From: a virus
Taxonomy: Duplodnaviria > Heunggongvirae > Uroviricota > Caudoviricetes
Length of the DNA: 54,238 nt
Direction: 5' to 3' (one strand)
Virus record (IMG/VR): IMGVR_UViG_2541047842_000005
In this document: one piece after another, positions 42,346 to 51,721 of the stretch
How positions within the stretch are numbered: position 1 is the stretch's first letter
Layout: each line of letters begins with the position of its first letter
Position numbers and translations under genes: made by a program
The notes under the pieces: model-generated
Told to the model about the DNA's origin: nothing
Databases searched by the model: none
The model's input: the letters and a program-made list of their open reading frames with translations, nothing else

Positions 42346-42516
42346 TTACTCAAATCTTGTATACCCTCTTTCAATTTTCCCTCCGTGTACACTTCTGGCA
42401 AATACCGCGTCAGTATACCTAAAAAATGGGCATGTATATGTATCACCTTTACTATCCATCCATTTTAGCACCCATGCCATACGTTTTACATTGCTTTTAT
42501 TTGCCGGGTTTTTCAT
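42346..42516 (-). CDS. small hypothetical protein (56 aa), moron cluster 1
   Basis: MKNPANKSNVKRMAWVLKWMDSKGDTYTCPFF...; strong SD GGAGGAAAATAAA-ATG; not in the ORF track. Confidence 0.35.
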   Translation of the reverse strand: MKNPANKSNVKRMAWVLKWMDSKGDTYTCPFFRYTDAVFARSVHGGKIERGYTRFE

Positions 42517-42634
42517 TTTATTTTCCTCCGCAAATTACAATCTTCCGTTTCTTGCTATATAGCTGCGAGAAAACATTACCAACCAAATATTCCAGATCTC
42601 CCTCCAGGTGAATTTATCGTCCTCCATACCCACC

Positions 42635-42889
42635 TCACTTATGGCAACCGCGAACGCCAGACAATTCATTGAATTTATGGTGTTCAACAATCACCCACTC
42701 CTTCAGATCCTGGCTATAGACTCGCCAGTCTAAATTGGCGCGGAAGGCGTAGCCGTAACCGTCTTTCAATTTTTTGGGTGACGCATTCTTGTTTAAAAAC
42801 GCGTTCAAAAGTTCCTTTGCTTTTTTGACTACATGCCCCGGCGCGTTTTTCTGTGCTTTCAGATTTTTGTCAATCGCTACCAGTTTCAT
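42635..42889 (-). CDS. HigB/RelE-superfamily toxin-like protein
   Basis: 84 aa; N-terminus MKLVAIDKNLKAQKNAPGH parallels E. coli HigB MHLITQKALKDAAEKYPQH and C-terminal ..LDWRVYSQDLKEWVIVEHHKF fits the RelE/HigB pattern (from memory). Confidence 0.4.
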   Translation of the reverse strand: MKLVAIDKNLKAQKNAPGHVVKKAKELLNAFLNKNASPKKLKDGYGYAFRANLDWRVYSQDLKEWVIVEHHKFNELSGVRGCHK

Positions 42890-42906
42890 AACTCACCCCA
42901 TCATCC

Positions 42907-43062
42907 TTAGTTAAGTGCCTTCAGGAAGAAGTCCCGGTATTCATCTTCTTTTGCATTCATCATGAATTGACCGTATTTGAATGCGTCGTCGAAACCCTTA
43001 ACGATTGCTATTTCCACTTGTTCGAATGCGTTGTTTAGCATTACCACTACATAGCGTTTCAT
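42907..43062 (-). CDS. small hypothetical protein (51 aa), upstream partner of the toxin-like gene
   Basis: Track ORF 42907-43137; ATG at 43062 has strong SD AAGGAGG 6 nt upstream. Confidence 0.35.
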   Translation of the reverse strand: MKRYVVVMLNNAFEQVEIAIVKGFDDAFKYGQFMMNAKEDEYRDFFLKALN

Positions 43063-43175
43063 TTTGGGCCTCCTTCGTTGGTACTGCTTTTCTTCTTGCT
43101 TTCTGTATACATCTTGTTGCGAACTATGTGAAGCCATATTGTAAACTAGCTATAATCATTGTACTGAAGATCTCA

Positions 43176-43197
43176 TTTTCGCGTAGAAGCGCGTAAA
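43176..43197 (+). repeat. 22-bp element TTTTCGCGTAGAAGCGCGTAAA (copy 2)
   Basis: Exact copy of 30455-30476; 32 nt upstream of the gpM-like gene start. Confidence 0.6.
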
Positions 43198-43229
43198 GAT
43201 ATATACAAAATGTAACTTATGGGGGTTTT

Positions 43230-43583
43230 ATGCCGGAAGTTTTCAGATGGACGCCGCAAAGAAGCTACAGCGTGACCAGGGAGCCAAACGTATCTGTCAT
43301 TAAACTTGGTGATGGGTATGAACAGCGCCAGGCGAAAGGGATCAACACATTGCTTGATAGCTACACCCTGGTTTTTAAAGGCAGTAGCGCAGGATGCGGT
43401 GATGGTGGGAACGTGGCGATCCAGGCAGAAGCATTCTTGAGGGCGCGCGGCGCTAGCGAGGCTTTTTACTGGTCGCCGTCTATGGATGGCGTGCAAAGGC
43501 TTTTTGTTTGCCGTAGCTGGAGTATGACAAAGGACGGGCCTGTATACACGCTAAACGCAACGTTTGAGCAAGTTATTAATTAG
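43230..43583 (+). CDS. minor tail protein M-like
   Basis: 117 aa; FRW...V.KV.FGDGY.QR...G.N......Y...F......FEQVIN colinear with lambda gpM as I recall it. Confidence 0.75.
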   Translation: MPEVFRWTPQRSYSVTREPNVSVIKLGDGYEQRQAKGINTLLDSYTLVFKGSSAGCGDGGNVAIQAEAFLRARGASEAFYWSPSMDGVQRLFVCRSWSMTKDGPVYTLNATFEQVIN

Positions 43584-43775
43584 GGAGGGGATATACCTTA
43601 TTTTTGTGTAGTGGAGCGCACTGGCGCTTTTACATTGTTCGCCGACTATGAAATTAATGATCTTACTGTCCGGGCTGATAACGGTGAGACGTGGTATCTT
43701 CATGATATGGGTGATGGATATATCGGCTGTACGACTTGGGATGGCAAAGAAGTAGCATTTCTATCCTACGATTAA

Positions 43776-43810
43776 AAAAAAAACACCCCGCCACGGCGGG
43801 GTTTATAGTG
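43776..43810. terminator. bidirectional terminator (A10 - hairpin - T-rich)
   Basis: AAAAAAAAAA followed by CCCCGCC-ACG-GCGGGG hairpin; gives a U-tract for minus-strand transcripts coming from the moron cluster. Confidence 0.55.
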
Positions 43811-43878
43811 TCGATAGCAGAATGCATGACAATCCAATAATGATAATGATCATTTCCAGAACGTAATGTTCGCACATC

Positions 43879-44127
43879 TCATAACGCCCCCTTCAAATAT
43901 GTCAATCCCTTATCAGTGACGAATGAGTGATTAACCTGGTTTTCATCCGTCATGATGATAAATAACTTTTCCTGTAGGTATTTCGCTTTAGGGTACAGCG
44001 TTAAGCAGACCTGGTACAGTATCCCGCGCTCAATCAGCAAATCAATAAATTCGTGTTCATGATAACCGATGAGGCGGGCGGCCTGTTTCAACGTGTACAC
44101 ATAATCACCGTGATTGCGCCGCCCCAT
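43879..44127 (-). CDS. hypothetical protein (82 aa), possibly HTH
   Basis: YTLKQAARLIGYHEHEFIDLLIERGIL has helix-turn-helix character; moron cluster 2. Confidence 0.4.
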   Translation of the reverse strand: MGRRNHGDYVYTLKQAARLIGYHEHEFIDLLIERGILYQVCLTLYPKAKYLQEKLFIIMTDENQVNHSFVTDKGLTYLKGAL

Positions 44128-44136
44128 GTTGCCGCC

Positions 44137-44490
44137 TTATTTATCGAATGCTGAAAGGTTATCGATACAGAAATCTTTCGCCGCTTTTTCGTATTCGCGT
44201 TTTGCTTCTGGATCGTCAGCCGGGAAACCTTTTGCGTGTATTTCACCAGGGCAAGACTGGTCCATAGAATCTGCATAATAAGCAGTGAAGCTACCATTAA
44301 TATCTTTCGGGTTCATATCTTCCACCTTATCCGGTATTTGTACTGGAGTAATTTTGAATTCTCTGGCGCGACCGAAGAATCGAACGAGTTTTTCTCCTTC
44401 CTCGACCGCCATTTCGTAACTGTCATGCAAACCGTAACCTTCCCAATCATCACTACCAGCCATCCAGACATCAAGACGATACTTTTGCAT
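44137..44490 (-). CDS. hypothetical protein (about 118 aa)
   Basis: Track ORF 44137-44592; ATG at 44490 has SD GAGGG and follows the stop of the upstream gene. Confidence 0.4.
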   Translation of the reverse strand: MQKYRLDVWMAGSDDWEGYGLHDSYEMAVEEGEKLVRFFGRAREFKITPVQIPDKVEDMNPKDINGSFTAYYADSMDQSCPGEIHAKGFPADDPEAKREYEKAAKDFCIDNLSAFDK

Positions 44491-44494
44491 TTTG

Positions 44495-44659
44495 CTAACC
44501 CTCATATTTGACAGGTTCGATCTGGTATCCCAAAAGGCGGTCATCCTCAGCAAGTAAAAGCGCGTCAACCAATGCTTCACCCTCGTCGTCATACAGGGCG
44601 ATAACCTTTTCCCTACCGTCTGTCATGAATACCGTCAACTTCCATAGCTTTTCAGTCAT
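44495..44659 (-). CDS. small hypothetical protein (about 54-60 aa)
   Basis: Track ORF 44495-44779 is over-extended; in-frame ATGs at 44677, 44668 and 44659; promoter-like TTGATC-17-TATATT on the minus strand at about 44709-44737. Confidence 0.3.
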   Translation of the reverse strand: MTEKLWKLTVFMTDGREKVIALYDDEGEALVDALLLAEDDRLLGYQIEPVKYEG

Positions 44660-44788
44660 AACGCACATCCGCGCCATTTTGTTAACCATGCTTCCGTTTG
44701 AGTAAAATATACATATTGTAAAAACCATGATCAATCCATTTTGGTGTGATTTAGCGTGACGCATATCACAAAATGACAAGGTGAGAAA

Positions 44789-45493
44789 ATGCGCAATATT
44801 CCGAGAGAGATGATTATTGATTCCGTCGATGCCGGAGTTGGCGCGGTCATTGACTTATTTGAACTGGACCTTACTCCCCTGGGAGGCGAGGTTATCCGCT
44901 TCCATTCCGGCGCGAACGGCTATTACGGCCAGGTTATCTGGAAGGGAGTAGCTTACAACAGCTACCCGATCGAGGCGACGGGCTTCGAAATGAAAAATGA
45001 GGGTGTTTATTCACGGCCTCAAATGGTTGTAGCCAATATCGGCGGACTCATTACGGGGATGAACAACGATTTTAACGACCTTAGAGGAATGAAGGTTACG
45101 CGCCGCCAGGTGGAGGTGAAATATCTTGACGCCGTTAACTTCCCTAACGGTAATCCAGACGCAGATCCATCTATTGAGGCTGTATCTTTTTACGTCATTG
45201 AAGCAATGAGCGAAGAAACAGCGGATCAGGTGCAGTATGAACTGTCAACGCCAATTGATGCAGATAAAGCTGTCATCCCTGGGCGCACCATCCTTGCTGA
45301 CGTTTGCCAGTGGCAATACAGAGGCGACGGGTGTATGTACGCTGGCGGACCAGTAGCAAACGATAAAGACGAGCCGACAAGCGATCCTAAAGCCGACAGA
45401 TGTAGCCACCGTCTGAGCGGTTGTCGTTTACGTTTCCCGCGTCCAAATCCGTTACCAATTTCCTGTTTCCCCGGTTCAAGTAAGGTGGGCTAA
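44789..45493 (+). CDS. minor tail protein L-like
   Basis: 234 aa; C-terminal Cys cluster (CQWQYRGDGC...CSHRLSGC) as in lambda gpL; order M-L-K-I-J. Confidence 0.75.
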   Translation: MRNIPREMIIDSVDAGVGAVIDLFELDLTPLGGEVIRFHSGANGYYGQVIWKGVAYNSYPIEATGFEMKNEGVYSRPQMVVANIGGLITGMNNDFNDLRGMKVTRRQVEVKYLDAVNFPNGNPDADPSIEAVSFYVIEAMSEETADQVQYELSTPIDADKAVIPGRTILADVCQWQYRGDGCMYAGGPVANDKDEPTSDPKADRCSHRLSGCRLRFPRPNPLPISCFPGSSKVG

Positions 45494-45495
45494 TT

Positions 45496-46227
45496 ATGGC
45501 ACTTGAAGACAAAATGGTTCGCTACGCCGCAGCTCACCCGCGTGAGGAAGTTTGCGGCCTGGTGATAAATAACGAATATTTTTACCCGTGCGCTAACGTA
45601 TCTGAAACGCCATACAACAGCTTCAAAATTTCGCCGGACGATTACATCAAAGCTGACGAATTAGGCGTTATAACCGCCGTTTTTCACTCTCACGTTGATG
45701 ATATTCCGGTATTGTCTGCGCTGGATCGACAACAACAGGTTATTTCCGGCCTCCCGTGGCTTTTATGCTCCGGTGGCAGGGTTAGAAAATTCCGCCCGGT
45801 AGCGCACCTGTTAGGCCGAAAATTTGAGCACGGGAAAACAGACTGCTACGCGCTTTTCCGCGACGCATATCACCTTTGTGGCGTGGATCTACCGGACTTC
45901 GAGCGCCTTGATGGCTGGTGGCTTCGTGGTGAAAACCTGTATTTAAAAAACTTGCCGCGAAACGGGTTTTATCAGGTTGATGCGCAAAGCATCCAGCCAG
46001 GTGACGTAATAATCAGGCAGCCGTTCAAAGGCGCTGACCCATGCCACGCGATGATTTACCTGGGCGATAACACTGTTTTGCATCATGACAATGCCGGACT
46101 GTTAAGCCGCCGCGAGCAAATGCGGCCCGCTTATGTTCGACAAACGCATTCAATATGGAGATCTGATAAATGCTCAAATTTAGATTTACGGGCAATCTTC
46201 GAAGATATTACAGCAAAGTGTGTTTAA
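45496..46227 (+). CDS. tail assembly protein K-like (JAB/MPN plus NlpC/P60 domains)
   Basis: 243 aa; JAB-type HSHVDD motif, NlpC/P60-type Cys in GKTDCYALFRDAY. Confidence 0.75.
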   Translation: MALEDKMVRYAAAHPREEVCGLVINNEYFYPCANVSETPYNSFKISPDDYIKADELGVITAVFHSHVDDIPVLSALDRQQQVISGLPWLLCSGGRVRKFRPVAHLLGRKFEHGKTDCYALFRDAYHLCGVDLPDFERLDGWWLRGENLYLKNLPRNGFYQVDAQSIQPGDVIIRQPFKGADPCHAMIYLGDNTVLHHDNAGLLSRREQMRPAYVRQTHSIWRSDKCSNLDLRAIFEDITAKCV

Positions 46228-46700
46228 ACGTTGAAACGCCAGCGCAAGGGCTTCGCTTATTGACCGCGCAGAATCAGGAATTCAAGAAGGCTTTTTTAAA
46301 TACACCTTTGCGGTTACGGATTGCCGGGAAAGATTATAACGAAAAGACGGCCCCGGCAGCGGTTAATAGTAAATACCCTGACGGAACTACCGTCATTATT
46401 GCGCCAGTAGTTGAAGGCGGTATTGCTGGGATTGGTGTTGTAGGCTGGATCCTGATTGGTGTTTCGGTGGTTAGCGTTGCGTTCTCAATCTTTATGTCCC
46501 GCAACATGAAGATAAAAACATCGGCAGAAAGCGCACAAGATAACACCATAACGAACAACACCTACACCAGCATTGAAAACAAGGTGGGCCAGGGTAGACC
46601 AGTGCCAATACTATTAGGTGAAATGAAAATAGGTTCAAACGTCGGATCGTTAGGCATAGACACAAGCAACAATAGAGACGCCTTAGACGTTGTAAGTTAA
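46170..46700 (+). CDS. tail assembly protein I-like
   Basis: 176 aa; internal hydrophobic segment GIAGIGVVGWILIGVSVVSVAFSIF; position between K and J; start overlaps K. Confidence 0.65.
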   Translation: MLKFRFTGNLRRYYSKVCLNVETPAQGLRLLTAQNQEFKKAFLNTPLRLRIAGKDYNEKTAPAAVNSKYPDGTTVIIAPVVEGGIAGIGVVGWILIGVSVVSVAFSIFMSRNMKIKTSAESAQDNTITNNTYTSIENKVGQGRPVPILLGEMKIGSNVGSLGIDTSNNRDALDVVS

Positions 46701-46713
46701 CAGGAGAAAAACC

Positions 46714-49700
46714 ATGAGTAGCGGCGGCGGCAAAGCCAAAACACCAACATTATTGAACGATAACCTGTATCACAAACAGTTTTATCGTGTTTTAGATATT
46801 CTCAGCGAAGGGCCGATATACGGTCCGGTAAACCAGAAAGCGCCATTGAATGACGTGATGCTTAATGACACTCCTGTTACTGACGCAAACGGGAATACAT
46901 CAATTCCGGGGATTAGTATAGCCTGGCGCAACGGCACGGCTGACCAATCGCCGATTAATGGTTTTAACGCCATTGAGTCAACCGTTATTGTCAACGCAAA
47001 GGTAACTCACGACACACCAATAATCAGGACTGTTTCAGATCCAAACGTTACCCGCGTCAGGTTGAATCTTGGTGTTGATGCTCTCGTTCAGTCAGATGAA
47101 AAGGGCAATCAATATAATACATCCGTCATGTTGATGGTTGATGTTAAACCGTCATCATCTTCTACGTGGTCGCTGATTAAAGACATACACATTGGCCCTG
47201 GTAAACAAAGCGGTGAATACCTGGAAGCTCACATCATTAAAGCGCCGGATGAAAAACCGTTTGATATTCGCGTTCGTCGCATAACACCAGACAGCAACGG
47301 CGATCTATTGCGGAATGATACGCGGTGGAGTAGTTACAGCGAAATAATAGATGATAATCTGTCTTATCCTCATACCGCTGTAGCTGGCGCCGTAATTGAC
47401 CATGATCAGTATACTGATACGCCTACCCGCACCTATCACCTTCGCGGCCTGATTGTTGATGTGCCTGACAACTACAACCCTGAAACGCGCACATATTCAG
47501 GTTTATGGCTTGGTGGATTTAAAAAGGCGTATACCAATAACCCTGCATGGCTTTTCCGGTATCTGGTTAAAAACGAGCGCTTTGGACTTGCTCGACATGC
47601 TGGTTACATTGATGTTGATGATGGCGCTTTGTACGTGCTTTCTCAATACTGCGATCAGTTGGTTGATGATGGCTATGGTGGCCTTGAACCTCGCATGACG
47701 CTTAACGCTTACATTACGGAGCAAATGAGCGCCCGCGACCTACTGGATAACATCGCAGGTATGTTCCGTGGTATCGCGTTATGGGACGGACAACGTCTTA
47801 CCGTGATGATTGATGCGCCACAAGATCCAATCGCCACCATCACAAATGCAAACGTCGTTGATGGCGCGTTTACTCGTTCAAGTATCGCACGCGCAGAATG
47901 CTACAACGCCGTGATCGTATCCTGGACTGACCCTGAAAACGGCTGGGAGCAATCAAAAGAATATGTCGCAGATGATAAACTAATCGCCCGTGATGGTTAT
48001 AACGAAACCACGTTGGAGGCGTTCGGTTGCACTTCACGCGGGCAAGCGCACCGCGCTGGTAAATGGCTGATCGAAACAGCGAAACGCGAGCCGTCAAAAT
48101 TCACATTTAAAATGGCCCGTGACGCCATTCACTTTACGCCGGGGGATATAATCGAGATCCTCGATAATAATCGCGCAGGCGCTCGTTTAGGCGGTCGCAT
48201 CGTGGCGAACAATGGCAGAGCGATCACGGTCGACAAGGTTGATTCTGAATATATCGCGGCTGGCGACACCATCAGCTTACTTGATAGCGATGGTAAATTT
48301 AAAAAACACCAGATCATCGGAGTTAACGGGAACATTATCACCCTTGCAGCCGCCCCGGCGTGGATTCGTAACGGCACTGTTTTTGCTGTATCAACCAACG
48401 CAGCAAAACCCGTTTTATGTCGAATCACCAGTGTAGCAGAAACAGAAAATAACAGCGTATACACCATCGAGGCCGCACAGCATGATCCACATAAGCAGGC
48501 CGTAGTCGATAATGGCACAATCTTCGAGATCAATAACGACACGCTTAATCACTTCCGCGTGCCGAACATTGAAAATCTGAAGGTGTTAAACGTTGGATCT
48601 GAAACGGTTCAATGTCGCGCAACATGGGAAACACAGACGACAACGCGTCGCCTGACCTTTGAGATTCGCGTGTATAACGCCGAAGGCGCTGTAGTTAAAA
48701 GCTACGAAACCACGAATTACAGTTATGATTTTTATGGCATTGATGCTGGCAACTACTCATTAGGCATTCGTGGCAGAAATGACACGGGCATGAAGGGTGC
48801 GGAAAGCATTGTCGATCTGGTTATTGGCGCACCAGCGGCCCCAGTTGGCGTTAATTGGGTTCCCGGTGTATTCCAGGCTACAGTTTACCCGATCAGCAGA
48901 ACAACGCTCACCACTGATACCAGTTACGAGTTTTATTACTCAGGTGAAACGCAGATCACTGATCCGGCATCAATAACCACTAAAGCACAATATACCGGGC
49001 GTGGTCATCAGTGGACGTTTGGCGGCATGAATACAGGTCACACATATTACGTTTATGTGCGCGCGCGTAACGCTTTTGGTGTGTCTGACTTTGTGGAAGC
49101 GTCAGGTAAGCCAACAGAAAACTTTGATGAAATTACCGATTACGTCACCAAAGACGTAATGAATTCCAAACAATTTAAAGAAATGGTTGGTGACATTAAA
49201 GATCTAGGCGACCGCACTGATCTTATCGAAAGCGCTACGAATGACCTTAAAACTGCTACTGACAACCTCAAAACTGCAACTGATAATCTGACCAACATAA
49301 CTGACGATTTAAGGACTGAAACTGACAACCTAACCATAGAAACAGGATCAATAAAAGCTGATACTGATACGCTCAAAAAAGAAACGGAAGATCTTTATAA
49401 AAAAGTTAAGGAAAACGCCGATGATATTGGACAGCATGAGTCGAGAATCGACTCGCTGGAGGTGTCTAGCGAAAAAGTTGGCAGCGAACTGGCGCAAGCA
49501 AAAGCAAGTCTGCAAAACGCCTCACTTGCTCTTATTAATAACTCGCTTGCACAGACTAACACTCGCGTAACTCTTACCGCTCAGTACAAGAAAGGCAGGA
49601 CAGAGACGAAAGCGGAAATTGACCGCATTGACAACGTTATCGCTGAAGAGAAAAAAGCGACAGCGGAATCACTGGAAACCATCACGGCAGAAATGAATGT

Positions 49701-51684
49701 GATGGACACAAACCTTAAAGGTCAGATCTCTAATGTGCAACGCGCAGTAGCTGACGAGGCCAGCGCCCGCGCTGAAGCTATTAACGGTGTAAATGCCTCA
49801 ATAAGCAATCTTGACAAGAAAACTGACGCCAGCGTAAACCGTCTTGATCAGGCAATTGCAGACGAAACAAGTGCGCGTACTCAGGCTATCAGCGACGTGA
49901 ACGCAAGTATCTCAACACTTGACAAGAAAACTGACGCCAGCGTTAAGCGCCTCGATAATGCAATATCAGATGAAACGCAGGCAAGAAGCGACGCAATAAC
50001 AGTGGTTAAAGCTGATTTAACAACGCTTGAAAATAACACAAATGCCAGTGTTAGCCGTCTTGATCAAGCTATCGCTGATGAATCAAGCGCACGTGCTCAG
50101 GCGATATCAGGTATCAGCGCGACGCTTGGCGGCGTTAAAAGTGAGGTTGATAAAAACAGCGACGAGATAGATCAGGCGAAAGCAAGTCTGCAAAACGCAT
50201 CTCTGGCGCTTATTAATAACTCAATGGCGCAAAGCAAGATGAGCACTGTTATTGAGGCGAAATACAGGAAAGGACAAACAAAAACAAAAGCGGAAATAGC
50301 AAGGGTAGACACAGCAATCGCAGATGAGGCGAGCGCACGCGCAGAAGCTATTAGCAACGTTAACGCCAGCGTCAGTAGTCTTGAAAGCAAAACCGACGCG
50401 AGCGTTTCCCGTCTTGATAAAGCAATCGCAGATGAGGCGAGCGCACGCGCAGAAGCTATTAGCGGGGTTAATGCGTCAATTTCCACGCTCGATAGCAAGG
50501 TGACAAGCAACGTAACCAGGATGGATAAAGCGATCGCAGATGAGAAGAATGCACGCACTGACGCAATCAGCAGCCTTAACTCATCGCTTACCAGTACGAT
50601 TAATTCGAAAGTATCCGAAGTGTCAACTGCACTTTCTACGCATGAAACATCAAGCGCGGAAAAATTTGGCCAGATCTCGGCATCTTTCGACGATGTAAAC
50701 TCAAGCATCACGGAATGGTCACAGGCTATGGCAACGGCAGACGAGGCATTGTCAACCAGAATCGACCAGTTGAAAGTAACTATTAACGGAAACACAACGG
50801 CGATAGAAACGACATCAAAAGCACTGACTGACTTCAAAGGTAACGTTGATGCGTCATATTCAATTAAGATTGCCACTGATAAAAACGGTATGAAATACGC
50901 TACAGGAATGTCGCTCGGCCTTACTGGTAGCGGGACTAACGTTCAATCGCAGTGTATTTTCCTCGTTGACCGTTTCGTGCTTATGACTGCGGCAGGTGGC
51001 TCCTATCAGACCCCGTTCTATGTTACTAACGGTGCTTGCTACATCCGTGATGCGTGGATCAGAGACGCATCAATCACTACCGCGAAGATTGCGCAGCAAA
51101 TTCAGTCAACCAACTATAAAGCTGGTTCGGCTGGCTGGATGCTAAATAAAAACGGCAATGCGGAGTTCAACAACGTCACTGTACGCGGTACGGTGTACGC
51201 AACATCTGGTAAATTCACTGGTGAGATTCAGGCCACAAGCGGGAAGTTTAAAGGTACAGTAGAGGCAAAGTCATTTGTCGGTGACGTTGCTAACATGGGG
51301 GTTGGTCCAGATCGAGTGCTTGGGCATAACGGAAGTTATAGCGCAACCATCACATATAAAGACAGCACGGATAATGCATTGACGAAATCAGTTATGCTTA
51401 TGGCGACTATTTCATTAATGTCTGGTGAATATAGATCCACTTATAACGTAACGTTTAGTTGCGGAGATAAAAACAAAACAATTTCATATTACGTGCCTTA
51501 TGGTGGATGCACATTAACAGTGCAATGCGCTTTTTCTGGTTTAAAAGCATCAGATATTATCGGGAAAATATATTGTCCTCAAACATCATCATCTGAAGGA
51601 TACGCATATTGTACCGCGTTGTATTCTCCAACAATGATAGTAGCAAGAGGCACCGGATCATTTAGAACATCAACGACAGCATAA
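46714..51684 (+). CDS. host specificity protein J-like central tail fibre with extended repeat-rich C-terminal region
   Basis: 1656 aa; N-terminal two-thirds J-like; residues about 900-1300 are tandem coiled-coil repeats (AIADEASARAEAISGVNASISTLDSKTDASVSRLD); distinct C-terminal domain. Confidence 0.8.
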   Translation: MSSGGGKAKTPTLLNDNLYHKQFYRVLDILSEGPIYGPVNQKAPLNDVMLNDTPVTDANGNTSIPGISIAWRNGTADQSPINGFNAIESTVIVNAKVTHDTPIIRTVSDPNVTRVRLNLGVDALVQSDEKGNQYNTSVMLMVDVKPSSSSTWSLIKDIHIGPGKQSGEYLEAHIIKAPDEKPFDIRVRRITPDSNGDLLRNDTRWSSYSEIIDDNLSYPHTAVAGAVIDHDQYTDTPTRTYHLRGLIVDVPDNYNPETRTYSGLWLGGFKKAYTNNPAWLFRYLVKNERFGLARHAGYIDVDDGALYVLSQYCDQLVDDGYGGLEPRMTLNAYITEQMSARDLLDNIAGMFRGIALWDGQRLTVMIDAPQDPIATITNANVVDGAFTRSSIARAECYNAVIVSWTDPENGWEQSKEYVADDKLIARDGYNETTLEAFGCTSRGQAHRAGKWLIETAKREPSKFTFKMARDAIHFTPGDIIEILDNNRAGARLGGRIVANNGRAITVDKVDSEYIAAGDTISLLDSDGKFKKHQIIGVNGNIITLAAAPAWIRNGTVFAVSTNAAKPVLCRITSVAETENNSVYTIEAAQHDPHKQAVVDNGTIFEINNDTLNHFRVPNIENLKVLNVGSETVQCRATWETQTTTRRLTFEIRVYNAEGAVVKSYETTNYSYDFYGIDAGNYSLGIRGRNDTGMKGAESIVDLVIGAPAAPVGVNWVPGVFQATVYPISRTTLTTDTSYEFYYSGETQITDPASITTKAQYTGRGHQWTFGGMNTGHTYYVYVRARNAFGVSDFVEASGKPTENFDEITDYVTKDVMNSKQFKEMVGDIKDLGDRTDLIESATNDLKTATDNLKTATDNLTNITDDLRTETDNLTIETGSIKADTDTLKKETEDLYKKVKENADDIGQHESRIDSLEVSSEKVGSELAQAKASLQNASLALINNSLAQTNTRVTLTAQYKKGRTETKAEIDRIDNVIAEEKKATAESLETITAEMNVMDTNLKGQISNVQRAVADEASARAEAINGVNASISNLDKKTDASVNRLDQAIADETSARTQAISDVNASISTLDKKTDASVKRLDNAISDETQARSDAITVVKADLTTLENNTNASVSRLDQAIADESSARAQAISGISATLGGVKSEVDKNSDEIDQAKASLQNASLALINNSMAQSKMSTVIEAKYRKGQTKTKAEIARVDTAIADEASARAEAISNVNASVSSLESKTDASVSRLDKAIADEASARAEAISGVNASISTLDSKVTSNVTRMDKAIADEKNARTDAISSLNSSLTSTINSKVSEVSTALSTHETSSAEKFGQISASFDDVNSSITEWSQAMATADEALSTRIDQLKVTINGNTTAIETTSKALTDFKGNVDASYSIKIATDKNGMKYATGMSLGLTGSGTNVQSQCIFLVDRFVLMTAAGGSYQTPFYVTNGACYIRDAWIRDASITTAKIAQQIQSTNYKAGSAGWMLNKNGNAEFNNVTVRGTVYATSGKFTGEIQATSGKFKGTVEAKSFVGDVANMGVGPDRVLGHNGSYSATITYKDSTDNALTKSVMLMATISLMSGEYRSTYNVTFSCGDKNKTISYYVPYGGCTLTVQCAFSGLKASDIIGKIYCPQTSSSEGYAYCTALYSPTMIVARGTGSFRTSTTA

Positions 51685-51710
51685 AAAACGGGGCATAAGC
51701 CCCGTTTTTT
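51685..51710. terminator. bidirectional rho-independent terminator
   Basis: AAAAA-CGGGGC-ATAA-GCCCCG-TTTTTT, perfectly symmetric. Confidence 0.75.
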
Positions 51711-51721
51711 ATGCATTGTTT

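Noticed and set aside
43663-43875. 70-aa minus-strand ORF after the gpM-like gene
   Set aside because: It spans the A10-hairpin bidirectional terminator at 43776-43810 and has no SD. A plus-strand frame (about 43584-43775) is open here but lacks a convincing start codon, so neither is called.
50172-50876. 234-aa minus-strand ORF inside the J-like gene
   Set aside because: It is antisense to the repeat-rich coiled-coil part of the J-like gene and its Ala/Ser/Leu-rich low-complexity product mirrors the sense-strand repeats; an artefact of codon periodicity.
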